Source: Pseudomonadota bacterium (lineage in GTDB: Bacteria; Desulfobacterota; Desulfobulbia; Desulfobulbales; SURF-16). Taken from it: a stretch of DNA of 33,209 bases. How positions within the stretch are numbered: position 1 is the first letter of the stretch; the number at the start of each line of letters is the position of its first letter. A model generated the notes under the pieces. It worked only from the letters and a program-made list of their open reading frames with translations, ran no database searches and was not told where the DNA came from. The position numbers and the translations under genes are program-made. Shown in pieces: positions 1-8,944 of the stretch. The stretch is taken from the NCBI GenBank assembly GCA_030597865.1, contig JAUVQZ010000003.1, positions 1 to 33,209 on the forward strand. The letters run 5' to 3'.

Positions 1-1
1 G

Positions 2-304
2 GATGTCCTCAGGATGGCAACCAGTATGGGTGCCTCCTGCCTTGGGATCAAGGATATCGGCACCCTGGAGGAAGGGATGAAGGCGGATCTCATCCTTGTT
101 GATTCACGAAGCCCGCGCCTTACCCCTTTTTTCAGCCCTGATCTCTTGGTGTATGGGGCCAGGGGGGGTGATGTTGACACGGTGATTGTTAACGGCAGCC
201 TGGTTGTCGATCAAGGAGAATTACTCAGCATGGATGTACGGGAAATTATGACAAAGGTACGGGAAATGGCAGGGAAGGTTGCGGGTGGTGATGATGGAAA
301 ATAG
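2..304 (+). CDS. Amidohydrolase family protein (MTA/SAH deaminase-like), C-terminal part, 5'-truncated by the window
   Basis: Frame open from the window edge. Typical amidohydrolase C-terminus MAT..GA..LG..IGTLEEGMKADLILVD ... DVDTVIVNG. Confidence 0.75.
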   Translation, partial: DVLRMATSMGASCLGIKDIGTLEEGMKADLILVDSRSPRLTPFFSPDLLVYGARGGDVDTVIVNGSLVVDQGELLSMDVREIMTKVREMAGKVAGGDDGK

Positions 305-986
305 AATTCATGTGCCCCGGTGGGCCATCCACCGCCGCCTTTATGACTGGATGCTCCACTGGGCCCATACCCCGTACGGGGTGCTTGCCCTGGTGATTCT
401 GGCCTTTGCCGAGAGCAGTTTCTTCCCCATTCCTCCGGATGTCCTTCTCATCGCCCTGGTGCTCGGTGCTCCCCAGCGCTGGCGCTATCTGGCCCTGGTC
501 TGCACGGTGGGTTCGGTGCTGGGTGGGCTGGCCGGGTATGGTATCGGGGTGTTCGCCTGGGAAACCGCAGGCCGCTGGATTGTCGAGAACGTCGCCCACA
601 TGGAGCTGGTGCCGGTGGAGGGCCGTCTGGATATCGCCCTGCCCGCCTATCTCACCGAAGCTCTTGGTGAGGCCCTGGGCGGCAGCTATCTCTTTCAGGT
701 CTATGAGCGCTGGAATGCCTGGATTGTCTTTGTCTTTGGCCTTACCCCGCTGCCCTATAAGCTGACCACCATCACGGCCGGGGTTGCCAAGGTCAACATT
801 CCCATCTTTGTGGCCGCATCTGTTGTGGCCCGGGCCGCCCGCTTCTTCGTGGTGGCCTGGATTCTCCATAGGTGGGGGGGGGCGGCCAAGGTCTTTATCG
901 ACCGCTACTTCAACCTGCTCTGCATCGCCTTCACCGTCCTGCTCATCGGCGGCTTTGCTGTGCTGTCACTCGCTCCCGGGAATTAG
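291..986 (+). CDS. YqaA/DedA (VTT/SNARE-associated domain) membrane protein
   Basis: AFAESSFFPIPPD and LTPLPYK..TITAG motifs plus several hydrophobic segments. Start taken as ATG 291 (or 294), overlapping the upstream stop. Confidence 0.8.
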   Translation: MMENRIHVPRWAIHRRLYDWMLHWAHTPYGVLALVILAFAESSFFPIPPDVLLIALVLGAPQRWRYLALVCTVGSVLGGLAGYGIGVFAWETAGRWIVENVAHMELVPVEGRLDIALPAYLTEALGEALGGSYLFQVYERWNAWIVFVFGLTPLPYKLTTITAGVAKVNIPIFVAASVVARAARFFVVAWILHRWGGAAKVFIDRYFNLLCIAFTVLLIGGFAVLSLAPGN

Positions 987-1166
987 GTGATGGGCTGAAG
1001 GGGTAAGTGAAGAGGGGGCTGGCTGCTTGAAAGATGGGATAGGAACATCTGAGACAGGGCACAGGGCCCCCTTGTTGGGAAAGATGGGGTGGAGAGGTGT
1101 GGCCTGCCAGGGTGGAGGTGGGTGTTTGGCAATGGCGTAGATGGCTGACGGTGATGCAGAGGCCTG

Positions 1167-1808
1167 CTATTGGTGCCAGCCTTGACTGCCAATGAGGTTG
1201 ACAAAGCGGACATGCTCAATAACCTGGCGGCTCATCTCGCCATTTTCCTTTTTAAGCACCACGAGTTGCTGGGAGTCGCGGTCGCCAATGGGGATAACCA
1301 GACGGCCGGGATCGGCAAGCTGGTCAATAAGGGCATTGGGGATGTCAGGGCCGCCTGCCGTGACAATAATGGCATCAAAGGGGCTGTACTGGGGCCAGCC
1401 CAGGGTGCCGTCATCCGTGGTGCAGATGGCGTTAAAGACCTGAAGTTGATCCAGGGTCTGCCTGGCGCGAATATGGAGCTCCTTGAGGCGCTCAACGGAA
1501 AAAACCCGCTCGGCAAGCTTGGCCAGCACCGCTGTCTGGTAGCCACAGCCCGTGCCGATTTCGAGCACGGTCTCCTCACCGTTAAGCTCCAGGGCTTGGG
1601 TCATAAGGGCGACAATATAGGGCTGGGAGATGGTCTGGCCCAGGCCGATGGGCATGGAAAAATCGCCATAGGCCTGGCTGCCCAGGGCATCCTGGACAAA
1701 GAGATGACGGGGCACAGTGGCCATGGCATCAAGGACGCGTTGGTCTGTAATCCCGCGGGGGATCAGCTGCTCGCGGAGCATCCGCATTCTGGCGGATTCA
1801 AAACTCAT
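1167..1808 (-). CDS. pcm: Protein-L-isoaspartate(D-aspartate) O-methyltransferase
   Basis: VPRHLF, GQTISQPYIVA, VLEIGTGCGYQ (SAM motif I), PFDAIIVTA. True start is likely MSFESAR at 1808, 4 nt after the upstream stop. Confidence 0.92.
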   Translation of the reverse strand: MSFESARMRMLREQLIPRGITDQRVLDAMATVPRHLFVQDALGSQAYGDFSMPIGLGQTISQPYIVALMTQALELNGEETVLEIGTGCGYQTAVLAKLAERVFSVERLKELHIRARQTLDQLQVFNAICTTDDGTLGWPQYSPFDAIIVTAGGPDIPNALIDQLADPGRLVIPIGDRDSQQLVVLKKENGEMSRQVIEHVRFVNLIGSQGWHQ

Positions 1809-1812
1809 GGTC

Positions 1813-2199
1813 TTATTCAGCGGAGGGTTTTTGGGAAAGGGCCTGATCTTCGTACTCTTTTTCACTGGCGGCCCGGTACTGGCAATTGGTGACGATGTCG
1901 CCAGTAAAGGTGATGTAGACAAGGTCGTAGGAGGCAGAGCCAAAGGCCCAGTTTAATACCGGGATCTTCTTGAGCAGGCTTTTATGCTCCTGGACAAAGA
2001 TCCAGATCTCGCCGGTCCCTGTTGTTTTCTTGAATTCCGGGGTTCCCATAAAGGTACGGACATCCTCTTTAGTGGTGCCCTGGCTAATGAGACCGGCATC
2101 CGAGCTGAGGTGACGGATGGGTTCCTTACTACAACCGGCATTCAAGAGAATCATGACAAGGGAAAGGCAGCAGAGAATCGAGCTGAGGGTGTATTTCAT
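1813..2199 (-). CDS. Lipoprotein, SmpA/OmlA (BamE)-like
   Basis: Signal peptide with lipobox LNAG-C, then G.TKEDV...MGTP......GEIW.F pattern. Confidence 0.6.
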   Translation of the reverse strand: MKYTLSSILCCLSLVMILLNAGCSKEPIRHLSSDAGLISQGTTKEDVRTFMGTPEFKKTTGTGEIWIFVQEHKSLLKKIPVLNWAFGSASYDLVYITFTGDIVTNCQYRAASEKEYEDQALSQKPSAE

Positions 2200-2603
2200 G
2201 GCAAGGTATAATGTCCTGAAATTGTATAGAAAATATGAAGTGCCCCATCAGGCACAACGCTTATTTTTTGAAAGAATTAGATTAGTCGGAAGAGTTGAAA
2301 TTTGCAAGCATCCAGGGGGATTAAGGGCAAAGAGTTCTTGGTAGATTTTTTTTTAAAAAATGGTCAACCCCCTGAAACAGCCGGAGAAAATTGTAGAATT
2401 CCTTGACCAGATGGGTGAAGTTGTAATAGGTTAATGTGAAATATGAGGTAACTAGTTAGAAATCCATGGGAATTTGAAGGTTAGTTGCCTGGAGGGGGAG
2501 CACTACATGTTGTGGGTGTCCTCTTTTTGAAAAACGTGGTGGCTTTAGCGGTCACCCCGGCGGGGCAAGCGATCCAGCCGGGTAGAGAGAAGGTAAAAGA
2601 ATC

Positions 2604-3347
2604 ATGCGTTGCCCAAAATGTAGTTTTATCTCATTTGACAAAGTGACTTTCTGTGTGAAGTGTTCCGCCGATGTAACGGAGATTGCCCACGCCCTAAACG
2701 GCACAGCTTTTAAACCCCTCGGCACTTTTTTTCTGGGCACCCTTATTCCCGACTATGCAGAAGTATTTATTACCGACCAAGTGGCCGATGATTTCTCCTT
2801 TGATAGCGATGCTGATGATCTTGATATCAGCATGGATGCGGTTGGTGATTTTGGTGAAGTTCCTGACCTGCCCGGTGATATCAGCGATGACGATTTGTCC
2901 CCGGCCTCCGAAGATATTTCTGAATTTGAAGGTGATGAACTCTCCCTGGATGGTCATGAGGTACCTGATATGGATCTCTCAAGCTTCGGGGAGGACACAG
3001 GCTTCAAGGCTGGGCCTGAACCCGTAGAAGAGGCCAGCTTTGATGATGTTCCGGAGTTTGACCTTGGTGGTGTTGAACTTGAGGAAGATGTTGACCTGGA
3101 AATGGCTGGTGAAGGTGTTGATCTTGAGGAAGATGTTGACCTGGAGATGGCCGGTGAAGATCTTGATCTTGAGCTTGACGGCATAGCTACCCCTGACTTT
3201 TCTGGTATTGATCTGAGCCTTGGCGACGATGAGCTTGAAATGGCCGGCGACGGCGATGGGGAAATAGTTGAACTCGGTGATCTTGAGATGGAGGTTGAGA
3301 AAGAAAAAGGCAACGGCGCAGCCGAACTTCCCGACCTGGAATTGTAA
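2604..3347 (+). CDS. N-terminal zinc-ribbon protein with long Asp/Glu-rich low-complexity tail
   Basis: CPKC-x10-CVKC at the N-terminus, D/E/L-rich remainder, purine-rich RBS (GAGAAGG) upstream. Confidence 0.75.
   Translation: MRCPKCSFISFDKVTFCVKCSADVTEIAHALNGTAFKPLGTFFLGTLIPDYAEVFITDQVADDFSFDSDADDLDISMDAVGDFGEVPDLPGDISDDDLSPASEDISEFEGDELSLDGHEVPDMDLSSFGEDTGFKAGPEPVEEASFDDVPEFDLGGVELEEDVDLEMAGEGVDLEEDVDLEMAGEDLDLELDGIATPDFSGIDLSLGDDELEMAGDGDGEIVELGDLEMEVEKEKGNGAAELPDLEL
3069..3158 (+). repeat. In-frame 45-bp tandem duplication (GVxLEEDVDLEMAGE x2)
   Basis: ggtgttgaacttgaggaagatgttgacctggaaatggctggtgaa followed by a near-identical copy with 3 substitutions. Confidence 0.85.
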
Positions 3348-3372
3348 AGGCACATCGCCCTTGCTGGCAAGT

Positions 3373-3422
3373 AAAAAGCCCCAATGTCATAGCCTTAAGA
3401 GGCTTGATAAAGGGGCTTTTTT
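3373..3422. terminator. Probable intrinsic (possibly bidirectional) terminator
   Basis: AAAAAGCCCC...GGGGCTTTTTT arms with an inner AGCC/GGCT stem, just after the stop at 3347. Confidence 0.65.
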
Positions 3423-3518
3423 ATGTCCTGCGTTACGGGCCTCTGCCCTTCACCGGGCTTGGGGGTTTTGCGCCCTTGCAGAGTTTTAACAGGGGGCCCT
3501 GCATCCCTAAAATTGTCC

Positions 3519-3548
3519 TTGACAAGGGCAAGGCCTTTCGCGTAATGT
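3519..3548 (+). promoter_or_regulatory. Sigma70-type promoter of tRNA-Phe
   Basis: TTGACA (3519-3524), 18-nt spacer, TAATGT (3543-3548), 13 nt before the tRNA. Confidence 0.6.
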
Positions 3549-3561
3549 AGGCGCTCTTTTC

Positions 3562-3637
<76 letters not shown>

Positions 3638-3644
3638 AGACATT

Positions 3645-3681
3645 AAAGGCCTTACAGCATTTTCGCTGTAAGGCCTTTTTT
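3645..3681 (+). terminator. Rho-independent terminator after tRNA-Phe
   Basis: AAAGGCCTTACAGC-6 nt loop-GCTGTAAGGCCTTT followed by T tract. Confidence 0.85.
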
Positions 3682-3916
3682 CGTTTCTGGTCGTCCTCTG
3701 GTCTTTGGGAGATTTTTCCCGCTTTCTGTGTACAGGGGGGCATATAGAATGAGAATATTGAGAAATGGGGAAAGGTAGAGACTAGAATGATACTTTTGCT
3801 AGACTTTTAGGGGCTTAAGGAGAGTTTTGCGAAAAATAATTTTGGGAAATTTAAAAAAGAGTAAATTTGCTGAGATTGGCAAGCTTGCTCTTTTTTTGCA
3901 TTTAAAATAAGAAAAA

Positions 3917-4420
3917 TTAAGCGTTCTTTCCTGGTGGGTTTATGGCCGCTTTTATGTTTTGAATTTCAATCTGAATTTTGTGGAACTTTTTATGGTCTGG
4001 AGAAAGACCTTTTCTGCTAGGGTCCTCAAAATTCCCACCTGTGATTTCGTCACTTAGTATTCTGATCTCCTGAGAAATATCTATACTGATAGCACTTGCG
4101 TTGTCTTCAATGTCTTGAAGATGCAATCTTATTTTTAACGCCCTCATTTTATTTTCAGGCGTTGAATCTTCGTCTGTCAACCAATAGAGTGCACCGAGGT
4201 CGAACAGAGAATCAGCTAAGGAGTATATTTTTTCTCTGCGCCAATGCCGCTGGCTGTTTATGTCGTTGATACGAGTTTCAAGTTTAATATTGCTTGTCGT
4301 TGCGTCTTCCGATTTTCGCAAACTGTAAAAGCTGAAAAGAAGTGCCACTAAAGCAATTCCTATTTCCCAATAATCTTTTACTGAGAAGGCAAGCTGGGCT
4401 TGATCTGCAGGGGTTGCCAT
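3917..4420 (-). CDS. Hypothetical protein with one N-terminal transmembrane helix
   Basis: 167-aa ORF, hydrophobic WEIGIALVALLFSFYSL segment, starts 3 nt after the STAS-like gene stop, AT-rich. Confidence 0.65.
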   Translation of the reverse strand: MATPADQAQLAFSVKDYWEIGIALVALLFSFYSLRKSEDATTSNIKLETRINDINSQRHWRREKIYSLADSLFDLGALYWLTDEDSTPENKMRALKIRLHLQDIEDNASAISIDISQEIRILSDEITGGNFEDPSRKGLSPDHKKFHKIQIEIQNIKAAINPPGKNA

Positions 4421-4423
4421 TTT

Positions 4424-4771
4424 CTATTTGTCCAGACTGTCGGTGTTGTTTTTTTGGACTTGGGCGTTATGAATATAGTTGCGAATAGAATCGATTACAC
4501 TTTTGCGCCGACCAACCAATTCAAGACGATTTGACAGATCGTCTTCAGAAAAGTTGTCTTCTCTAACAAGACCGCCAAAGGCTTCCTCAAGAAAGGAAGA
4601 GCCATATCCAAGCGTTCCATCAAGTTCAATGACAATGGCATCATTTTTTTTGAGAGCTTTTTTGAGTAGGTTGCGCCTGAATCCCTCCCCGGTGAATTTC
4701 CCATCCTTCTGATACCTGCCGGCAGGATAAGCTGAAAATTCTTTGGAGATATTAATTATCTTTTTCTTCAT
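4424..4771 (-). CDS. STAS-like domain protein (DUF4325-like)
   Basis: 115 aa. PAGRY..DG..TGE.FR and IELDGTLGYGSSFLEEAFGGL, with Ser at the STAS phosphorylation-site position. Confidence 0.75.
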   Translation of the reverse strand: MKKKIINISKEFSAYPAGRYQKDGKFTGEGFRRNLLKKALKKNDAIVIELDGTLGYGSSFLEEAFGGLVREDNFSEDDLSNRLELVGRRKSVIDSIRNYIHNAQVQKNNTDSLDK

Positions 4772-5855
4772 CTGATTTGCTTCCTATTGATGGCAGCGCG
4801 TCTAGAGGAACGCTCCAAGCTACGACCGTGCCCATTATAGAATCTTTAAAATTGCGTGAACGTTCAATGTTTTCTTTACCATTGCCCTCATAAACATACA
4901 CACCTTTTTGGCTAAAAATACCAAGTCTGCCACTATGCGTAAAGTCAATAAAGTTTTTCAACTCCACCATTCCCAGGCCTCTATGGGGTTGATATGATCT
5001 GCTCCGCCCTTCTTCCATTGCAACTTCAATTAGTCTGCTGTGATTGTCAGATTTGAATAAAGATTTGAATTTTTGAAATAAGTCTGGGTGTTTATTCTTC
5101 AGGGAGCTGGGGATGCCTACTCCAAGATCACAAACAATAACATGTAGAATTTTGTCCTTGATCCCGGTAAACATCCACCATTTTTTCTTACCATAGAGGT
5201 GTGTGTGTGTTCCATCGTCGGGATAGGCGTGCATTACAGAGTTAGTAATTGCTTCACCGACACCGGTGAACAAGATATCCGTCACGCTATCATTAAGGCT
5301 GTGCATTTTTGCTACCTCAACAATAAGTTTTCCGGCTTTATCCGCTTCTATCTTAGTCCCATGCGTATGTTGCCAGCAAACTACGTCCTTGTCTGTTATG
5401 GGTATATTCTCCCTGATGCCGAGGAGGTCAGAAAGGCCAACCTGATGGAAAACTTGTGCTGTGACAGGGTCTTTTGGACTGTTCCCTCGGATAAATTTAT
5501 TGCCTTTTATGCTTTTGATTCTGTCAATCTCAGCTTGCACTAAAATAAAACCAACAACTTCTGCTTTATTTGATTTGCTGAAGTCTATAAAAACTGGCTG
5601 ATTTTTGTTTATCGTTGTTCTGCGAAGTTTGTATAGCCAAGGCAAAAGGCAATTCATGCCATCGGATGAACTGCACCCTAACTCATTTGGCCCAAGAATA
5701 GTCTTGTAGTTTATACTTTCAAATTCACGATAATAGCTGTGGCTTTTAATTCTGTTTCTATATTTTTTTTTGTCTTTGGTTCGTTTGTTTCTTTTCCTTC
5801 TCTTTTTTGAAATTCGCAAAAAACGAATCCGTTGTTCTTGGAGGATTTTTTTCAT
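4752..5855 (-). CDS. Histidine-kinase-like (GHKL/HATPase_c) ATP-binding protein, anti-sigma/Ser-kinase-like, with N-terminal STAS-like region
   Basis: N-box EAITNSVMHA, G1 box CDLGVGI, G2 box RGLGM, C-terminal GTVVAWSVP. No HisKA H-box seen. Confidence 0.75.
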   Translation of the reverse strand: MKKILQEQRIRFLRISKKRRKRNKRTKDKKKYRNRIKSHSYYREFESINYKTILGPNELGCSSSDGMNCLLPWLYKLRRTTINKNQPVFIDFSKSNKAEVVGFILVQAEIDRIKSIKGNKFIRGNSPKDPVTAQVFHQVGLSDLLGIRENIPITDKDVVCWQHTHGTKIEADKAGKLIVEVAKMHSLNDSVTDILFTGVGEAITNSVMHAYPDDGTHTHLYGKKKWWMFTGIKDKILHVIVCDLGVGIPSSLKNKHPDLFQKFKSLFKSDNHSRLIEVAMEEGRSRSYQPHRGLGMVELKNFIDFTHSGRLGIFSQKGVYVYEGNGKENIERSRNFKDSIMGTVVAWSVPLDALPSIGSKSDEEKDN

Positions 5856-5971
5856 AGTTTCTCTGTCTTAAATATTCTTTATTCGGCATCACGCTTGGTG
5901 ATTAGTTGTTTGCGACTTGTTGTGAGAATGCCTGGCGGCATTGGTTGATGTTTTGTGTTGTTTTGAGGGTC

Positions 5972-6388
5972 TCATCTTTTGGCCACTGGTGTTCCTTTGT
6001 GACTCGTGCCGGTAAAATTGTCGAATTTGTCATCTGAAATGTTTAATTCCGCGCTAAAAGAAATATTCATCCCGGAATTTGGGTCTGTGTATAATCCTTC
6101 AGTTCTTAGAAGAGCAGTTTTTTTTGAAGGGTTCACTTCTTCAACAACCATTGAAATGTAGGTGTGATGTTTTGAGGATTGATAATACGTCTTTCCGCCT
6201 AAACTAGCAGTACTGGTAATGGTCTTGTAGTTGTCTCTGCTGGTTGACTTAATCTCTGCCCCTTCATAAATCATTGATTTGACCAAAACTATTTCAAAGA
6301 AGTTATCCTTGTCTTCCCCGAAAAAGATTGATACGGCGGATTTTTTGTTCAGCATGAGGTCGAAGTCTGGAATAGCCAAGAACCCCAC
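5972..6388 (-). CDS. Hypothetical protein, possibly 5'-truncated by the adjacent transposase element
   Basis: 138-aa AT-rich ORF with a GTG start that abuts the inverted repeat at 6392-6431. No recognisable motif. Confidence 0.4.
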   Translation of the reverse strand: MGFLAIPDFDLMLNKKSAVSIFFGEDKDNFFEIVLVKSMIYEGAEIKSTSRDNYKTITSTASLGGKTYYQSSKHHTYISMVVEEVNPSKKTALLRTEGLYTDPNSGMNISFSAELNISDDKFDNFTGTSHKGTPVAKR

Positions 6389-6420
6389 CGGATTATGTTC
6401 CCCATTTTGTGCAAGAATCT

Positions 6421-7149
6421 GGGGACATAATACCCATTATTGATGACTTTACTTCTTTCCGTGACATTCCTTAAGCATGGCAAGAATGAAAAGAGTAGTG
6501 GTTCCAGGCTACCCACATCATGTTGTTCAGCGTGGAGTTCGCTCTATGGATATTTTTTTCCATGACGATGATAGGCGAGAGTATTTGCAACTCCTCCGCA
6601 CACAATCACAACGATTTGGGGTGCAGTTTATCTCATATTGCCTTATGGCAAATCATGTCCATTTATTTGCAATCCCAGAACAATCAGACGAGCTTAGCTC
6701 GTGCCATCGGTGAAGCTCATCGGCTTTACACTCGGATGATAAATTTTAGAAAAAAAGACCGAGGGTATTTGTTTCAAGGGCGCTTCTCCTCCTGTCCTGT
6801 GCAAACAGGAGAATATCTTTATGCGGCAGTCCGCTATGTAGAACGCAATCCGGTAAGGGCAAAAATGGTTTTGCATCCCTGGGACTTTCCATGGTCAAGT
6901 GCTGCATTTCATGCAGGAACAATTGACCATGATCCACTTGTCGTCGAATCGCCACTATTGTCTGAAATAAATGCTTGGCAAGATTTTTTAAGTACAGACT
7001 CTGACCTATGCGGCGAATTAAAACAAAAAAGCCGCACTGGTCGACCTTGTGGTACAGATCATTTTTTTGCGACAGTTGAGAGAATTTCAGGCCGAGATCT
7101 ACGCCCCCAATCACCTGGTCGTCCGCGCAATAAATAGTATTAGGTCCCC
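6421..7149. mobile_element. Element carrying a Y1/HUH (REP-associated-type) tyrosine transposase, bounded by imperfect inverted repeats
   Basis: GGGGACATAATAC (6421-6433) and GTATTAGGTCCCC (7137-7149) match at 12/13 and bracket the transposase. Confidence 0.65.
6477..7137 (+). pseudogene. Frameshifted REP-associated-type tyrosine transposase (Y1_Tnp, HUH)
   Basis: MAR..R..VPGYPHHVVQRG and YCLMANHVHL (HUH) in the 6477 frame. GYLFQGRF.S, YVERNPVRA and WSSA in the 6520 frame. One extra base near 6690 (gac-g-agc). Confidence 0.8.
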
Positions 7150-7168
7150 GTATTCGTGTTTTTTCCCA

Positions 7169-7819
7169 TTATACCTGTTGAAATAATTGCCAGCCATATA
7201 TCGCGGTGAGAATTAAGGTGTAAAGCATTAGGGCATAATACCAGCGACCGGCAAATTTAGGGGTCTTGACAGGCGCGACATTAAAAGCGGCCAGGACCAT
7301 AAGCAGGATATAGAGGGCAGCCGTAAAAAAAGTTTGCTCGACCATGCCGTTAAATATAAAGGCACCGGTCAGAATGACAACATTGTTATCCAGGGCCAGT
7401 CCCATATAGGTCGACTCGTCAACCAGACCGAAGACATTGAAGTAGCTGAGTCGGAGTACCCCGGTGGCGACAATAATAAAGGCTCCTGGTAGGAACCAGG
7501 GGCTGAAATGCCCGTAGCTTAACAGAATAATGGCCGGACAGATACTGAAGCTGACAATGTCGATTAGGGAATCTAGCTGCCCCCCGAACTCTCGCTGTTT
7601 ATCGTTCCGCCCTTTCAACCGCCGGGCAATAATGCCATCGGTCCAATCAAAGAATACCGCCCATATCAGGCCGATCATCGCGGCTGGAAAGATGCCAAGT
7701 ATTGCATAATAAATAGCGAGGACCGCGCATAGAAGTCCGGCCAGAGAACAGATATTCGGCAGATCTTTGGCAAAAGAGAGTATGGAGACCGGGGTGTCCG
7801 TTGAGTTAGGACTTGCCAT
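7169..7819 (-). CDS. CDP-alcohol phosphatidyltransferase family protein (PssA-like)
   Basis: Signature DWTDGIIAR...FGGQLDSLID, LRLSYFN, multiple TM helices. Confidence 0.85.
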   Translation of the reverse strand: MASPNSTDTPVSILSFAKDLPNICSLAGLLCAVLAIYYAILGIFPAAMIGLIWAVFFDWTDGIIARRLKGRNDKQREFGGQLDSLIDIVSFSICPAIILLSYGHFSPWFLPGAFIIVATGVLRLSYFNVFGLVDESTYMGLALDNNVVILTGAFIFNGMVEQTFFTAALYILLMVLAAFNVAPVKTPKFAGRWYYALMLYTLILTAIYGWQLFQQV

Positions 7820-8922
7820 TATGTGCCCTCTGGGCCAATAACATCGCGCAATGCTTCGACTAATTTTTTGTTTTCTTCCTGGGTTCGGCTGGCTATGCGG
7901 AGATAACGGTCAGATTCCGGCATGGTCTTACCCTGGCAGTGTTTCAGGTAGATATTGTGTTTAATAAACAATTTTTCGGCAATTTCTGGACCAGATGCAG
8001 CGTGATCGGGCAGGCGACAGAAAATATAATTGGCGTCAGGTCGGTAGACGGTCATGCCCGGGATCGTTTGGAGTAGTTCATGAAAATGATCACGATCCGC
8101 CATGACCTTGTTGCAGCTAGCCTTGAATTCCGGCTCATATTGTGGGGAAAGACGCAGAAATTCTTCGGCAAAGCCATTAATATTCCAAATATGCAGTCCT
8201 TGGCGGACTTTTGTGGCAAAATCATGGTTGGCGGTAAGCATGTAGCCAATCCGAATGCCGCAGATGCCATAGGCCTTGCTCATGCTTTTGAAAATGGCCA
8301 GGTTTGGGTGTTTGTCAAGTTCTGTTGCCAAGGTCTCTTGGTCACACTCTTTGGCAAAATCAATGAAAGATTCATCAACGATGAGCATGCAGTCGTGATC
8401 TGCCAATTTCTTAAGTAAGCGAACAAGTTCCACCTTTGGGACCAGCAATGAGGTTGGATTATTCGGCGAAACCACCACTGCCAAACCCGCCTTACAACGG
8501 ATGGCTTCGGCTGCGAATTTGTCAACGTCCAACTGAAAGGAGGGGGCTTCAAGGGCAAATTCAACGACATCGCCGGCAGGCATGGCATTGGCGTATTCAT
8601 TGAACGACGGAACTGGCACAATCAATTTGCGGCCCAGGCCGGCGATAATCTTGATAAGCTCTGCGGCCCCATTACCGACGACAAGGTGCTTTGCTGGCTG
8701 ATTGATCAGCTTGCCCACCAGACCGGCCAGGTCACTTTGGGCAATGGGATAGTTTAACACCAACTGCTTTATTTGCTTGGTAATATGGGCGAAAAAATCC
8801 TCTGGTGGGAAATAGAGGTTGTAGAGGTAGTTGTGGTCGATGAAATCATGCCGCCAATAGCCGCCATGCTGACTGGAGACGAAATCGTAGCGCTCTTGAT
8901 CGGTGGAGTATTTGTTTGTCAT
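7819..8922 (-). CDS. PLP-dependent class I/II enzyme (HisC/CobD threonine-phosphate decarboxylase-like)
   Basis: GNGAAELI, PSFNEY, SPNNPT, VDESFIDF, KSMSKAYGICGIRIGY (PLP lysine), LRIA. Confidence 0.85.
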   Translation of the reverse strand: MTNKYSTDQERYDFVSSQHGGYWRHDFIDHNYLYNLYFPPEDFFAHITKQIKQLVLNYPIAQSDLAGLVGKLINQPAKHLVVGNGAAELIKIIAGLGRKLIVPVPSFNEYANAMPAGDVVEFALEAPSFQLDVDKFAAEAIRCKAGLAVVVSPNNPTSLLVPKVELVRLLKKLADHDCMLIVDESFIDFAKECDQETLATELDKHPNLAIFKSMSKAYGICGIRIGYMLTANHDFATKVRQGLHIWNINGFAEEFLRLSPQYEPEFKASCNKVMADRDHFHELLQTIPGMTVYRPDANYIFCRLPDHAASGPEIAEKLFIKHNIYLKHCQGKTMPESDRYLRIASRTQEENKKLVEALRDVIGPEGT

Positions 8923-8944
8923 TTGAGGTCTATTTATTGTCTGA

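Noticed and set aside
1809-1943. N-terminal extension of the pcm ORF given in the ORF track
   Set aside because: It overlaps the lipoprotein gene in another frame. Pcm similarity starts at MSFESAR (1808).
7819-8922. Assignment as hisC or cobD
   Set aside because: The family fits, but there are no his or cob neighbours and the context points to lipid or head-group synthesis, so no symbol is given.
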